Of a stretch of DNA of 64,000 bases, positions 18,597-28,672 are shown one piece after another. The notes under the pieces were generated by a model. That model was given only the letters and a program-made list of their open reading frames with translations. It did no database searches and had not been told where the DNA came from. Source of the DNA: an uncultured delta proteobacterium (GTDB lineage Bacteria > Desulfobacterota > Binatia > Binatales > Binataceae). Position 1 is the first letter of the stretch, and each line of letters opens with the position of its first letter. The translations under genes were made by a program, and so were the position numbers. The stretch lies in assembly GCA_963794325.1 (NCBI GenBank), contig CAWCDG010000003.1, forward strand, positions 1 to 64,000, written 5' to 3'.

Positions 18597-19685
18597 ATGC
18601 AACTAAACACGAATCAGCCGGGGCGAAATCGCCTCGAATCCGGGTGGCGTATCGTTTTCGCTATTGCCGCCGTCGCAATCTGCGCGGCCGTCTCGTCACC
18701 GCGCGCATGGGCCGACGATGCTAACGCAACTGTCGCCACCGTCGGCGATCACAAAATCACCGCGAAAGATCTCGATGCGAAGGTGCAGCCGCAGCTCGTA
18801 CAGATGCGCGCGGCGCTCGAGAAGCGGGTCGACCAACTGATTGCCGACAAGAGTTTTGATCTGAAGCGCGAGACGCTCGAAACGATGACCGACGACTACC
18901 TGCTCCAGCAGGCCGCCGATCACGACAAGCTGAGCGTCCCGGATTACATCAAGAAAGAGTACAGCGGAAAATCGGCCGTCACCGACGCACAAGCGAAAGC
19001 GTTTTACGACAAGAACAAGCAGCCAGGCACCGCTCCTTACGACAAGATCAAACCGCAGCTGCTTCAAATGATGAACCGGCAGGCTCTGCTCGATCGCCTG
19101 CGCAAGGGCCAGCCGGTGAAGATTCTGCTCGAGCCCAAGCGCGTCGTCGTCGACAGCAGCGGGCATCCGGCGCTCGGCGGCAAGGATGCGCCCGTCACGA
19201 TCGTCGAGTTCACCGACTTCCAGTGCCCGTTCTGCAAGGCAAGCGAGGCCACGCTGAAACAGTTGGAGAAAAAGTACGGCGACAAGATTCGCCTCGTGCA
19301 CATGGACTATCCGCTGCCGTTCCATGCGCACGCGCATGACGCCGCGACCGCCGCGCGATGCGCCAACGAACAGGGCAAGTTCTGGGAATTCCACGACTCG
19401 CTGTTCGCCAATCAGGGCAAGCTGGCGCCCGCCGACCTCAAGGCGACCGCGAAAACGCTTGGGCTGAATTCCACGAAGTTTAATGAGTGCTTTGACAAGT
19501 CGAAGTTCGACGCTGAGATCAAAGCCGACCAGGCTGCTGGCGAGAAAGTCGGCGTCGATGGAACCCCGGCGTTCTTTATCGACGGCCGCCCGCTGACCGG
19601 CGCACAGCCCCTGCCGAAGTTCGAAGACCTGATCGACGACGAGCTGGCCAACGGCGGCAGCACTAATCAGGCCTCGGCAAAGTAG
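18597..19685 (+). CDS. DsbA-family thioredoxin-domain protein
   Basis: Signal peptide; FTDFQCPFC; GTPAFFIDG. Confidence 0.9.
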   Translation: MQLNTNQPGRNRLESGWRIVFAIAAVAICAAVSSPRAWADDANATVATVGDHKITAKDLDAKVQPQLVQMRAALEKRVDQLIADKSFDLKRETLETMTDDYLLQQAADHDKLSVPDYIKKEYSGKSAVTDAQAKAFYDKNKQPGTAPYDKIKPQLLQMMNRQALLDRLRKGQPVKILLEPKRVVVDSSGHPALGGKDAPVTIVEFTDFQCPFCKASEATLKQLEKKYGDKIRLVHMDYPLPFHAHAHDAATAARCANEQGKFWEFHDSLFANQGKLAPADLKATAKTLGLNSTKFNECFDKSKFDAEIKADQAAGEKVGVDGTPAFFIDGRPLTGAQPLPKFEDLIDDELANGGSTNQASAK

Positions 19686-19710
19686 AACATCCTCGACGCG
19701 ACCACTCCAT

Positions 19711-19743
19711 TCCGGCGCTGGCTCCATGCCAGCGCCGGACTTC
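19711..19743 (+). terminator. Probable rho-independent terminator
   Basis: TCCGGCGCTGGC-TCCAT-GCCAGCGCCGGA hairpin followed by CTTT. Confidence 0.6.
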
Positions 19744-19758
19744 TCGTTTCTCACCAAT

Positions 19759-19845
19759 CCGGCTCCCCTTCCCGCGCGGAAAATGTTTCCTCTCTGAAAT
19801 CCGGTTCCCCTTCCCACTATGGGAAGGGGTTAGGGGTTAGGTTCC
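19759..19845. repeat. REP-like palindromic element doublet (CCCCTTCCC-n-GGGAAGGGGTTAGGGGTTAGG)
   Basis: Degenerate copy at 19759 and full copy at 19801; the element recurs at 21602-21686. Confidence 0.75.
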
Positions 19846-19971
19846 TGTGATCGGCAACCCCCCGTACCAACCTCCAAAACGGCCAGCCGCTTGCCTTCCT
19901 TCCTCGTTTCACCCTAAATTCATTCAGTACTGATCAATTTCATCTGACAGACCGGCAGGGATATCGATTTT

Positions 19972-20409
19972 ATGGCGATTAGCTTTCCTTCGACCGAATA
20001 TTTCGAGGCGCTCAAAGCGCAGATGGCCGCGAACGAGGAAAAATTCCGGCGGCTCGGCTTTATCGACACCACCTTCGGCGTCAGCGTCGGCCAGAACGGC
20101 AAGGCCCGCAACTTCGTGCTCGAATTCGAAGTCTTCGACCTCAAAAACATCAGCGAAGTGCCGGCGATCGATCTGAAGAAAGTGGATTTCCAGATCCAGG
20201 GCGATTCGCAGGTGTGGCGCGAGATGATCGAGAACATCCGGCGCAACGGCGAGGCCGACTCATCGCACGACATCAATACGCTGGCGCATTTCGGCGAGCG
20301 TCTGAAAATTGTTTACGACGATCCCGACGGGCACGACAAACTTTACCGTTTCATGGAATCGATCCAGGAATTTTTCGACCTGTCGAGCAAGCTCGAAGTA
20401 AGTTTTTAA
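19972..20409 (+). CDS. SCP2-like (sterol-carrier fold) hypothetical protein
   Basis: FPSTEYFEAL N-terminus and DFQIQGDSQVWREM resemble SCP2-fold proteins; precedes the diiron pair. Confidence 0.6.
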   Translation: MAISFPSTEYFEALKAQMAANEEKFRRLGFIDTTFGVSVGQNGKARNFVLEFEVFDLKNISEVPAIDLKKVDFQIQGDSQVWREMIENIRRNGEADSSHDINTLAHFGERLKIVYDDPDGHDKLYRFMESIQEFFDLSSKLEVSF

Positions 20410-20443
20410 GGTTTAACTAAGCAGGCGCGGAGGCGCTCCGACG

Positions 20444-21589
20444 ATGGCATATCTTTCGACGACAGACTTCACCCAGGACAAGGACTTCATCGATAAGTGG
20501 CTGTACACGATAAGGACCGGCGAGATGGACCTGTCGTGGATGAAATCCGCGACTGAGAAAATCAGTCCCGAAGAGGCTAACCCGCGCCGCGGACTGACCT
20601 ATCGCGACCTCAACGTCGGCACCTATGGCTACACCGACATTCCGGAGAAGGTGCGCAACAATCGATCCTATGCGCCCCGCGGCGCCGAGATTCCCGAAGG
20701 CGTTCCCGATGCGCAGCCATGGGTCTCGCGCAAGAGCGAGCTATGGGCTTTCAACACCGAGAGCTATTACGAGGAAGCTGTGTCGCGTCAGTGGAACGCA
20801 ACCACTGACATTCCATGGGACAGGCTTGATGGCGTCGAGCTACCGGAAGTAACCGGCAAGGCGCTCTCGCAGTTGATGACGTTCCTGACTGAAGTGGAAA
20901 TGATCGCGACTGACACGCCTGCGATGTGGCTGCCGCGTCTCAATCCGGACTTTATCGAAGTGCGCGCGTTCATCGCGGCGCAGGCGATGGACGAGGCGCG
21001 TCACGCCGAGGTCTTCCGCAAGCGCGCGCTCACGACCGGATGGGGCCTGATGCAGGCGAGTCCTATCAACGAGATGGCGCTGAAGCATCTGCGCGACGCC
21101 GATTCTTTCAGCGAGATGTCCGTCGCGCTTCATCTTGTGGCAGAAGGCAACGTGCTGACGCTGTTCCGCTTCAGCGAATATCTGTCACCGACCGACGTGG
21201 ACAAGAAAATCTTCCGGCTCGTGATGCAGGATGAAGCGCGTCACGTCGGCTATGGCATGCAGCATTTCAAATACGTGCTCGAGCATTTCCCCGAGAAGCG
21301 CGAAGTATTGCACGCGCATCTCGACGAAGCCGAGAACATTTCGTTCGCCGGCGCCGCCGCAACCGAGCTGACCGAAGCTTTTATCATTCTCGCCGGTGGC
21401 GGACTGAAGAAAGAGAACATCGAGCAGGGCATCAAGATCACGACCCAGTTCAACCTGAAACAAATGCAGGAGCATTTCGAGCGCCTGGATAAGTGTGGGA
21501 TGCCCGAGCGTCGCGAGCGTTCAAAGCTCTATAAGATGTACGAGATGGGCCGAGCCGCCGCCGAAAACGCCGGCATCAAACTGAACTAG
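20444..21589 (+). CDS. Ferritin-like diiron enzyme (catalytic subunit)
   Basis: FLTEVE, MDEARH, VAEG and QDEARH form a complete carboxylate-diiron ligand set. Confidence 0.85.
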   Translation: MAYLSTTDFTQDKDFIDKWLYTIRTGEMDLSWMKSATEKISPEEANPRRGLTYRDLNVGTYGYTDIPEKVRNNRSYAPRGAEIPEGVPDAQPWVSRKSELWAFNTESYYEEAVSRQWNATTDIPWDRLDGVELPEVTGKALSQLMTFLTEVEMIATDTPAMWLPRLNPDFIEVRAFIAAQAMDEARHAEVFRKRALTTGWGLMQASPINEMALKHLRDADSFSEMSVALHLVAEGNVLTLFRFSEYLSPTDVDKKIFRLVMQDEARHVGYGMQHFKYVLEHFPEKREVLHAHLDEAENISFAGAAATELTEAFIILAGGGLKKENIEQGIKITTQFNLKQMQEHFERLDKCGMPERRERSKLYKMYEMGRAAAENAGIKLN

Positions 21590-21601
21590 GTCTCAAGCAT
21601 T

Positions 21602-21686
21602 CCGGTCCCCCTTCCCGCCGGGAAGAGGTTACTCTCCGCAGATTGGTTCCCCTTCCCTCGAGGGAAGGGGTTAGGGGTTAGGTTCC
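21602..21686. repeat. REP-like element doublet
   Basis: CCGGTCCCCCTTCCC-GCC-GGGAAGAGG and GGTTCCCCTTCCCTCGAGGGAAGGGGTTAGGGGTTAGGTTCC. Confidence 0.75.
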
Positions 21687-21688
21687 GA

Positions 21689-22807
21689 ATGGCATTTTAC
21701 GCTGACAAAGATTACACAGTAGACGAAACAGTCCTCCTAGCCGCCCAGAAGGTGATGGAGGGACACTTAGGCCTTCATTGGTACGACGCCAAGACTGAAC
21801 GCCTAGCCGGTCGCCCGTCAGATCCCAAGCGCGGACTCACCTACCAGGACTTGAACGTCGGCACCTACGGCTACACCAACATTCCGGAGGACGTCCGCAC
21901 CAGCCAGTCGATGGTTTCGCGCGGCAGTGAGAAAGTCGGCAAACTTCCCGACATGGGCTACGTCGTCAATCGCAAGTCAGACGTATGGTCCGACAACGTC
22001 GCGGAGCTTTACGAAGAGGTAAAGGCGCGGCGATGGGTTCCGGCGACCGATATTCCATGGACCGAGCTCCACACCAAGCCGCTTCCACATGACCTCGAGA
22101 TGGCCTGCGCACAGCTCTACACCTTCCTGCAGGAATGCCAGATCGTGTCGATGGACTTTCCATCGAAGTGGGTCGCGCTGATCAACCAGGACTTCCTCGA
22201 GCTCAAGAGCTGGATGTGCGCGCAGATGCTCGACGCGTCACGCTTGTTCGAAGTGTTCCGCAAGCGTGCGCTGTTCGGCGGCGCGGGCCTCGGACGCGCC
22301 AGCGCGACGGCGGAGCAGGGACTCAAGGAATGGCTGTGGGCGGATCAGTTCCCGCAAGGATCAGTCTCGATCAACTTGTCGCTCGCCGGATTTCTCCTCA
22401 CGCTATATCGCCAGGTGGGCGCGTTCGCACCGACCAACGTCGATCGCAAGATCATGCGCTATGCGATGCAGGACGCAGCGCGCCAAACCGCCTACGGTCT
22501 CGGCCAACTGCGCTACCATCTGAAGCATCGTCCGCTCGAAGCGAACGCGATCGAAGGCTACCTCGATCACACTGAGCACGCCTTGCTCGGATTGATCGGC
22601 AGCCCCGAGCTGCTCGAGCCGATGATCATCATCTGCGGCGGCGGACTCGAAAAGGCGCAGGTGGACAAGGGCCGCGCCGCGACCGCAAAGTTCATCAAGC
22701 TGGCCGTCAGCGAATACATGGAGCGAATCGCCGCCGCCGGCCTGACCGGTCACGCCAAGCGCAGCAAGATCCCCACGATGATCGATCGGATTTCGGCCAC
22801 CGCGTAG
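21689..22807 (+). CDS. Ferritin-like paralog lacking iron ligands (putative structural subunit)
   Basis: Shares RGLTY.DLNVGTYGYT.IPE with the upstream gene; both DEARH motifs are replaced (DASRL, DAARQ). Confidence 0.8.
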   Translation: MAFYADKDYTVDETVLLAAQKVMEGHLGLHWYDAKTERLAGRPSDPKRGLTYQDLNVGTYGYTNIPEDVRTSQSMVSRGSEKVGKLPDMGYVVNRKSDVWSDNVAELYEEVKARRWVPATDIPWTELHTKPLPHDLEMACAQLYTFLQECQIVSMDFPSKWVALINQDFLELKSWMCAQMLDASRLFEVFRKRALFGGAGLGRASATAEQGLKEWLWADQFPQGSVSINLSLAGFLLTLYRQVGAFAPTNVDRKIMRYAMQDAARQTAYGLGQLRYHLKHRPLEANAIEGYLDHTEHALLGLIGSPELLEPMIIICGGGLEKAQVDKGRAATAKFIKLAVSEYMERIAAAGLTGHAKRSKIPTMIDRISATA

Positions 22808-22860
22808 GCAGAACTTCTCTATTGTCATTCGGAGCCTCCGCGGCGAAGAATTCCGAATCT

Positions 22861-23096
22861 TAACCTCCCCTTGTCCGAGGGGAGGTCGGCGAAAGCCGCG
22901 AAGCGGTGTCGCCGGGCGGGGTGCAACGCACGACACCGCGCCAACATGGACTTGGACTCGTTTAATCTCAATGCAGCGAGACCAGTTCGCCGCTCGACAG
23001 CAGCGCAACGGGCGTTGTTGGAACAGTCTGGCGTTGCACCACTCCCGTCACTCACCTTCGGCTCGTGCCGACCTCTCCTCGGACAAGGAGAGGTTA
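22861..23096. repeat. REPIN/MITE-like element with 30-bp terminal inverted repeats
   Basis: TAACCTCCCCTTGTCCGAGGGGAGGTCGGC versus the reverse complement of 23067-23096: 28/30 identical; each end is itself a hairpin. Confidence 0.75.
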
Positions 23097-23140
23097 GGAA
23101 TGTGTTTTCTGGCATCTGCGCGACTGCTAAACTACGCCGC

Positions 23141-25171
23141 ATGCCAAATCGCAGTTCTGCAGTAATCGCCGGCGCGCCGGAGACGGTGGATTGTTCCTCT
23201 GCGGATCCGGCCGCCGCGTCCGACGATCCTGACCAACGTAGCCGCGGCTTTCTCGGGCGCATCTTCGACCGCGTCGTTCCGCGCACCGCGCTGGTGCGAT
23301 TTCTCGGTTACGTGCGGCCGCATCTATGGCTGGTGGCGGGCGGTTCCGTCATGGGTATTCTCAAGTTCACGCTGCCGCTCGCGTTTCCGCTGGCCTTCAA
23401 ATACGTCTTCGACGTTCTGCTGGTCCCGCAGCCGCATCTCGAGCATCTCAACTCGACGATCGATCGATGGTGTATCGCGATTGCGACGACGCTGCATCTC
23501 GGCGTGAGCTCTGCCGCCAAGCTTGAAGCCCTGACGGCCGCGCTGTTCGCGCTATTCTTGGTGCAGGCGATCGCGACCTACTACCGCAACTACTGGGCGG
23601 CCATGGCGGGTCATCGCCTGATCTTCGACCTGCGTTACGCGCTCTACAAGCACATGCAGCGCCTGTCGCATTCATTTTTTGATCGCACGACGTCCGGCGC
23701 GGTCGTCTCGCGCTTCATCTCGGACATCTCGATGGCGCAAAACTTCGTCGGCTCCGCCATGATCAACATCTGGATGGACGGCGTGTCGCTCGGCTTCGTG
23801 ATCTGGCTGCTGTTCTCTCTGAACGTGCGGCTGGCGTGGATTTCTTTGATCATCGTTCCGTTCTATGTCGCCGTGATCAGGATTCTGTCGCCGCGAATCA
23901 AGGAGACCAGCCACGACCTGCAGGAAGTGGTCGAGGAATTTTCCGGCGAGCTGCAGGAACGCGTCGCCGGCGTCTCGACCGTGAAATCGTTTGCGCGTGA
24001 GGCCGACGAGGCGCGCCGGTTCCATCAGCGAACCACCGAAATGTACGACCTGACGATCGAGAGCGTGAAGCTTTCGTCGACGCATCAGATGTTCACCGAG
24101 TTCATATCGCGCGGCGCACCTCTGATCGTTGTCTGGGCGGGCGCGCTGATGATCATGCGCGGCAAAATGACCATCGGAACCGTGGTCGCGTTCTTCGGTC
24201 TGCTCCCCGCGCTCTACCTTCCGCTGCAACGCTTCTCCGAATTGTCGGTGATTGTGGCGACCGCGCTTGCGGCGATCGAGCGTATCTTCAACTTCTTCGA
24301 CGAGACGCCCGAAGTGCACGACCTCCCGGGCGCGTCGGCGCTCAACCTGAAAAGCGGGACGGTCGAGATCGAGCATCTGCGCTTCGGCTACAAGCCGCTC
24401 GACGGCGGTCCGATTCGCATCACGCTCGACGACATAAACCTGAGGGTGCCTGCCGGGACGACGGTCGCGCTGGTCGGACGCTCGGGCGCCGGCAAGACCA
24501 CGCTGGCCGGCTTGATCCCGCGCTTCTACGAGTTGGCCGCCGGCCGAATTCTGATCGACGGCACCGACATCTCGAGCGTGACGCTCAAGTCGCTGCGCGA
24601 TTCGATCGGGATAGTGCCGCAGGACGCGATCCTGTTCAGCGCCTCGATTCGCGAGAACGTGCAATACGGGCGGCCCGGCGCGCCGGATGCGGAAATCTGG
24701 CGTGCGCTCGATCAGGCCAACATCCGCGACTTCGTCGATTCATTGCCCGACAAGCTCGACACGATGATAGGCGAGGGCGGTGTGCGTCCATCGACCGGAC
24801 AGCGGCAGCGGCTCGCGCTCGCGCGCGTGTTTTTGAAGAACCCGCCGATCCTGATTCTCGACGAAGCGACCTCGGGTCTCGATTCAGAAGTCGAAAACCT
24901 GATTCACGACGCAGTGCGCCGCCTGATGAAGGGGCGGACATCATTCTTGATTGCGCACCGGCTCGCGAGCGCCGTCGACGCCGACGTGATCGTCGTGCTC
25001 GATCGCGGCAAGATTGTCGAGATTGGACCGCACTCGGAGTTACTCAAGCGCACCGGCGTTTACTCGCAACTGTTCAACGAGCAGACCCGCAAGCTGCGCC
25101 TCAAGTCCGATCATATCGTGCGAGCCCCCGGCTCGCTGAGCCCCGCGCCGGTTACGGAGGGGAGTGAGTAG
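23141..25171 (+). CDS. ABC transporter permease/ATP-binding protein (MsbA-like exporter)
   Basis: TM domain plus GRSGAGKT, PQD, PSTGQRQR, ILDEAT, IAHRL; start moved downstream of the REPIN. Confidence 0.9.
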   Translation: MPNRSSAVIAGAPETVDCSSADPAAASDDPDQRSRGFLGRIFDRVVPRTALVRFLGYVRPHLWLVAGGSVMGILKFTLPLAFPLAFKYVFDVLLVPQPHLEHLNSTIDRWCIAIATTLHLGVSSAAKLEALTAALFALFLVQAIATYYRNYWAAMAGHRLIFDLRYALYKHMQRLSHSFFDRTTSGAVVSRFISDISMAQNFVGSAMINIWMDGVSLGFVIWLLFSLNVRLAWISLIIVPFYVAVIRILSPRIKETSHDLQEVVEEFSGELQERVAGVSTVKSFAREADEARRFHQRTTEMYDLTIESVKLSSTHQMFTEFISRGAPLIVVWAGALMIMRGKMTIGTVVAFFGLLPALYLPLQRFSELSVIVATALAAIERIFNFFDETPEVHDLPGASALNLKSGTVEIEHLRFGYKPLDGGPIRITLDDINLRVPAGTTVALVGRSGAGKTTLAGLIPRFYELAAGRILIDGTDISSVTLKSLRDSIGIVPQDAILFSASIRENVQYGRPGAPDAEIWRALDQANIRDFVDSLPDKLDTMIGEGGVRPSTGQRQRLALARVFLKNPPILILDEATSGLDSEVENLIHDAVRRLMKGRTSFLIAHRLASAVDADVIVVLDRGKIVEIGPHSELLKRTGVYSQLFNEQTRKLRLKSDHIVRAPGSLSPAPVTEGSE

Positions 25172-25324
25172 GAACCAAGTCAGGGCAGGGAAGGGGAAAT
25201 CACTTTATTGAATGTGAAACCCGCGGTGGGTTTCACGCTTCCTTCGGCAGGGGTGACCCCTGGACCCGGTGATAAGAAATCGCGAAATGTCGAGGACGAC
25301 CTTTCGCTCTCAGGTCCTGAGGAA

Positions 25325-25600
25325 CTAAAGCTCCGCAATTATGTAGGCGAACAGCGCGAAGAACGCCGCCCCAACGATCGCGTATTCCACGACTTTTCCT
25401 TTCGTGGTTTGCGTGGGAGCAAACGCCTTGTCGTGAGTCTGGTACTTTACGATGACAGGTGAGCCGGCGGGTCGTCGATTGCTCGAACCAAATACGGAGG
25501 GAGGATTGGCGATCTCGAGCACGTTAACTCGCGCGTTGGCGTGCTCAAGCCATTCTTCGTACTCGTCGGCGTTCGAGAATCGCTTTGTGAAAATAGCCAT
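25325..25600 (-). CDS. Small hypothetical protein with a C-terminal TM helix
   Basis: GGGGCTGAG before ATG; YAIVGAAFFALFAYIIAEL. Confidence 0.55.
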   Translation of the reverse strand: MAIFTKRFSNADEYEEWLEHANARVNVLEIANPPSVFGSSNRRPAGSPVIVKYQTHDKAFAPTQTTKGKVVEYAIVGAAFFALFAYIIAEL

Positions 25601-25699
25601 CTCAGCCCCCTGACAGCGCTCATTAGGTTTGGGCACCGCTAAGATAAGCTGAGCGTCAATCTAAATCAACTCACGTGGTCCAGCGAGTCTCTAATGTGG

Positions 25700-27013
25700 C
25701 TATCGGTATGGATAAAAAATGTAGAAAAGAAGCGACAAAATACACAAAATCCACAATCCTGCACGAATCTCCCGATACCGGCCTGCGGCAGTCTTGAGAA
25801 GCGGATAAAGCACCAGGCCGGCCGTGATGCCCACGCCGATATTGAAGGTGAAACTCATCAGCGCGATCACCGTGAACGCCGGAATCGCTTCGGTGTAATC
25901 ATCGAAATCGATTTTGACGACCGGCGCGACCATCATCGCGCCGACGATAATCAACGCAGGTGCGTAAGCTGCCGCGGGAATCGCAGCAACCAGCGGAGCG
26001 AAGAACAGCGACATCGCAAACAGTGTCGCCACCACCACCGCCGTCAGCCCCGTCCGCCCTCCGACCTGGACGCCGGCCGCAGACTCGATATACGCGCCCG
26101 CCGTCGTCGTTCCCGCCAGCCCCGCGAACATCGTGGCGACCGCGTCCGCGAGCATCGGGCGCTCGATCTGCGGCAGCTTGCCGTCGGCGTCGAGAAATCC
26201 TGCCCGCGCAGACACTCCAATCAGCGAACCCATCGTATCGATCAACGCCATCACGAAGATTGTCAGCATCACGCCGAAGAACCCGACGCTCAATGCGCCG
26301 CGCAGATCGATTTGCAGCATGATCGGTGCGGGATTGGGCGGCATGCTGACCCACGCCGAAGGCGGCTTCGCGACACCGGTGATAAAAGCGGTGGACGCCG
26401 AGATCAGAATCCCGAGCAGGATGGCTCCAGGCACCCGTCGCACGATCAGGAATGCGATCAGCGCGAAGCTGAGAATGGCGATCTCGACTGAAGGCGTCGC
26501 GAGATTCCCAAGCCTCACCGGCGCGCCCGGCACCCCGATCGCGACGATGCCGGATTCGTTGAGTCCGATGAAAGTCAGAAACAATCCGATTCCTACGCCG
26601 AAGCTGTAGCTGAGGCCCGGCGGAAGCGCCTCGACCATCCATGCGCGCACGCGCGCGACCGTCAACAGCGTGAACATCACGCCCGCGAGAAACACCGCCG
26701 CCATGGCGGTTTGCCAACTGTAGCCGAGGACCTTCACTACCGTGTATGCGACGAATGCGTTCTCGCCCATGTACGGCGCGATCGCGAACGGGCGGTTCGC
26801 GTAGAGACCCATCACGAGCGTTCCGACGATTGCGGTCATGATAGTCACGACCATCGAGGGTCCTTCGGGGATGCCGGCGGCTTTCAGAATCGCGGGATTG
26901 ACCGCGATTATGTACGACATCGTGACGAACGTCGTGACGCCGGCGATCATCTCGCGCCGAACCGTGGTGCCGGCGGCTTCGAGCCCGAAGTAATTTGATA
27001 TTCGCGATGCCAA
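25700..27013 (-). CDS. NCS2/AzgA-family purine permease
   Basis: EMIAGVTTFVTMSYIIAVNP, APYMGENAF, YIESAAGV.GGRTG. Confidence 0.92.
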   Translation of the reverse strand: MASRISNYFGLEAAGTTVRREMIAGVTTFVTMSYIIAVNPAILKAAGIPEGPSMVVTIMTAIVGTLVMGLYANRPFAIAPYMGENAFVAYTVVKVLGYSWQTAMAAVFLAGVMFTLLTVARVRAWMVEALPPGLSYSFGVGIGLFLTFIGLNESGIVAIGVPGAPVRLGNLATPSVEIAILSFALIAFLIVRRVPGAILLGILISASTAFITGVAKPPSAWVSMPPNPAPIMLQIDLRGALSVGFFGVMLTIFVMALIDTMGSLIGVSARAGFLDADGKLPQIERPMLADAVATMFAGLAGTTTAGAYIESAAGVQVGGRTGLTAVVVATLFAMSLFFAPLVAAIPAAAYAPALIIVGAMMVAPVVKIDFDDYTEAIPAFTVIALMSFTFNIGVGITAGLVLYPLLKTAAGRYREIRAGLWILCILSLLFYIFYPYR

Positions 27014-27121
27014 TCGAAGGCGTCCCCCAGCCCGTGCAAGTTGCTGTTCGTTATATTTGCTATATAAATGAGCGAACGCGAGCACACGCACTGCCGTCAC
27101 GCCCTCATCCAGAGTGAGCAA

Positions 27122-27889
27122 ATGAAAGAAGAAAACCCTGCAAAGACACAGGCCGGAAAGACTCAGGTCGCTCCCAAATCGATTACCACGCTGGCAGTTG
27201 ACGTTGGCGGGACTGGAATCAAAGCGGCCGCGCTCGACGAAAAAGGCAAGATGATCACCGAGCGGCAAAAGATCAAGACGCCGCACAACGCGACGCCCAA
27301 AAAAGTGATCGCGATCATACAGGAACTCGCGAAGATGGCGGGTGAGTTCGATCGCGTGTCGGTAGGATTTCCGGGTGTGATCAAAAGCGGCGTGGTTTAC
27401 ACCGCCGCAAACCTCGGCAAGGGATGGAAAGCCTTCAACCTCGAAGCGGTGCTGGAAAAAAAACTTAAGAAGCCGGTCCGCGTCGCCAACGATGCCGACG
27501 TTCAGGGCCTCGGATGCGTTACTGGCCACGGCGACGAGTTGGTAATCACGCTGGGGACCGGATTCGGATCGGTGCTGTTCGTTGACGGGCACCGGATTCA
27601 TCTCGAGCTGGGGCATCATCCGTTTCACAAGGGCAAGACCTACGAAGACGAACTGGGCATCAAGGCGTTCCGGAAGAAGGGCAAAAAGAAATGGAACAAG
27701 CATCTGCGCGAGGCGATTGACGAGCTGGCGAAGACCTTCAACTACGACCGCCTGTACATCGGTGGCGGGAACGCGGCGACGATCAATTTCAAACTGCCGT
27801 CGAACGTCAGGATAGTCAGCAACACCGACGGCCTGCTCGGCGGCATCAAGCTATGGCAGGATCAAGCGGTGGTGAAGAAAGCCGCATAG
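27122..27889 (+). CDS. ppgK: ROK-family sugar kinase, probable polyphosphate glucokinase
   Basis: DVGGTGIKA, NDADVQG, TLGTGFGS, ELGH, YIGGGN. Confidence 0.8.
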   Translation: MKEENPAKTQAGKTQVAPKSITTLAVDVGGTGIKAAALDEKGKMITERQKIKTPHNATPKKVIAIIQELAKMAGEFDRVSVGFPGVIKSGVVYTAANLGKGWKAFNLEAVLEKKLKKPVRVANDADVQGLGCVTGHGDELVITLGTGFGSVLFVDGHRIHLELGHHPFHKGKTYEDELGIKAFRKKGKKKWNKHLREAIDELAKTFNYDRLYIGGGNAATINFKLPSNVRIVSNTDGLLGGIKLWQDQAVVKKAA

Positions 27890-27950
27890 ACGTAGCGGGC
27901 AACGGCGATGTCGCACCGTCCGCGCAGATGCGATAAATCCTATAAATCCT

Positions 27951-28040
27951 GGAGGGGTGGCCGAGTGGTTAAAGGCACCGGTCTTGAAAACCGGCAGGGA
28001 TGAAAGTCCCTCGTGGGTTCGAATCCCACCCCCTCCGCCA
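27951..28040 (+). tRNA. tRNA-Ser(TGA)
   Basis: GGAGGGG acceptor stem, CCGGT-CTTGAAA-ACCGG anticodon arm, long variable arm, GGTTCGAATCC, CCA. Confidence 0.97.
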
Positions 28041-28131
28041 GCAAGTCTCCGAAGCAGAGAAATCCGGGCTTCCGCTGGCGAAAAGCCCACGCAGACGGCG
28101 AACAGAAAGCTGAAAGACCGCTTTCAACACC

Positions 28132-28575
28132 TCAATGGCGAGCGGGCTCGAACAGCTCAATCGGATTGCCGTCGGGATCTTCGATTTGAATCTGTTTGCC
28201 ACCGGGGCCGACCTCGATTTCATTTCTAAAACGCAGACTCGCCTTTTTCAGCTCCGCAATGCGCGCAGGCAAATCTTGGACCTGAAGGAGCACACGGTTC
28301 CATCCGCCGGGCTCTTGTTGACGGCCATCGCACATTGGTCGCGACCCAGATGCCCCAGGACCGCTCAAGATCAACTTGAGGCCACCTATTGAAACCTGGC
28401 CGAAAGCCGGCAAGTTCTGCATGTCCAGATTGAAACCAAGCGTCTGCGTATAAAAAGTAATTGCCCGCTGAACATCTTTGACCTGATATCGAACACCCCA
28501 AAGCCCCACAATGAAAGCCTGTGTCGTATGCGATGACTCCGAGTGTTGCTTCTCGCTCTCTTGTATTGAATTCAT
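28132..28575 (-). CDS. VOC/glyoxalase-family protein
   Basis: VRYQVKDVQRAITFY...GPGGKQIQIEDPDGNPIELFEP. Confidence 0.88.
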   Translation of the reverse strand: MNSIQESEKQHSESSHTTQAFIVGLWGVRYQVKDVQRAITFYTQTLGFNLDMQNLPAFGQVSIGGLKLILSGPGASGSRPMCDGRQQEPGGWNRVLLQVQDLPARIAELKKASLRFRNEIEVGPGGKQIQIEDPDGNPIELFEPARH

Positions 28576-28672
28576 AGGTAGACACTCCGGTCGCCGCTGA
28601 TTCGCCCTCGTGATTCCCATCCGATGTCGCTCGCACGGCGAGTTGCCGCAATTCGAATCAACCGATGCTCGT

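Noticed and set aside
22871-23140. N-terminal extension of the ABC transporter ORF
   Set aside because: It reads through the REPIN element; ATG 23141 is more plausible
27014-27703. 667-aa extended NCS2 ORF or overlapping gene
   Set aside because: The extension is antisense to the ROK kinase, and permease-like sequence begins near 27013
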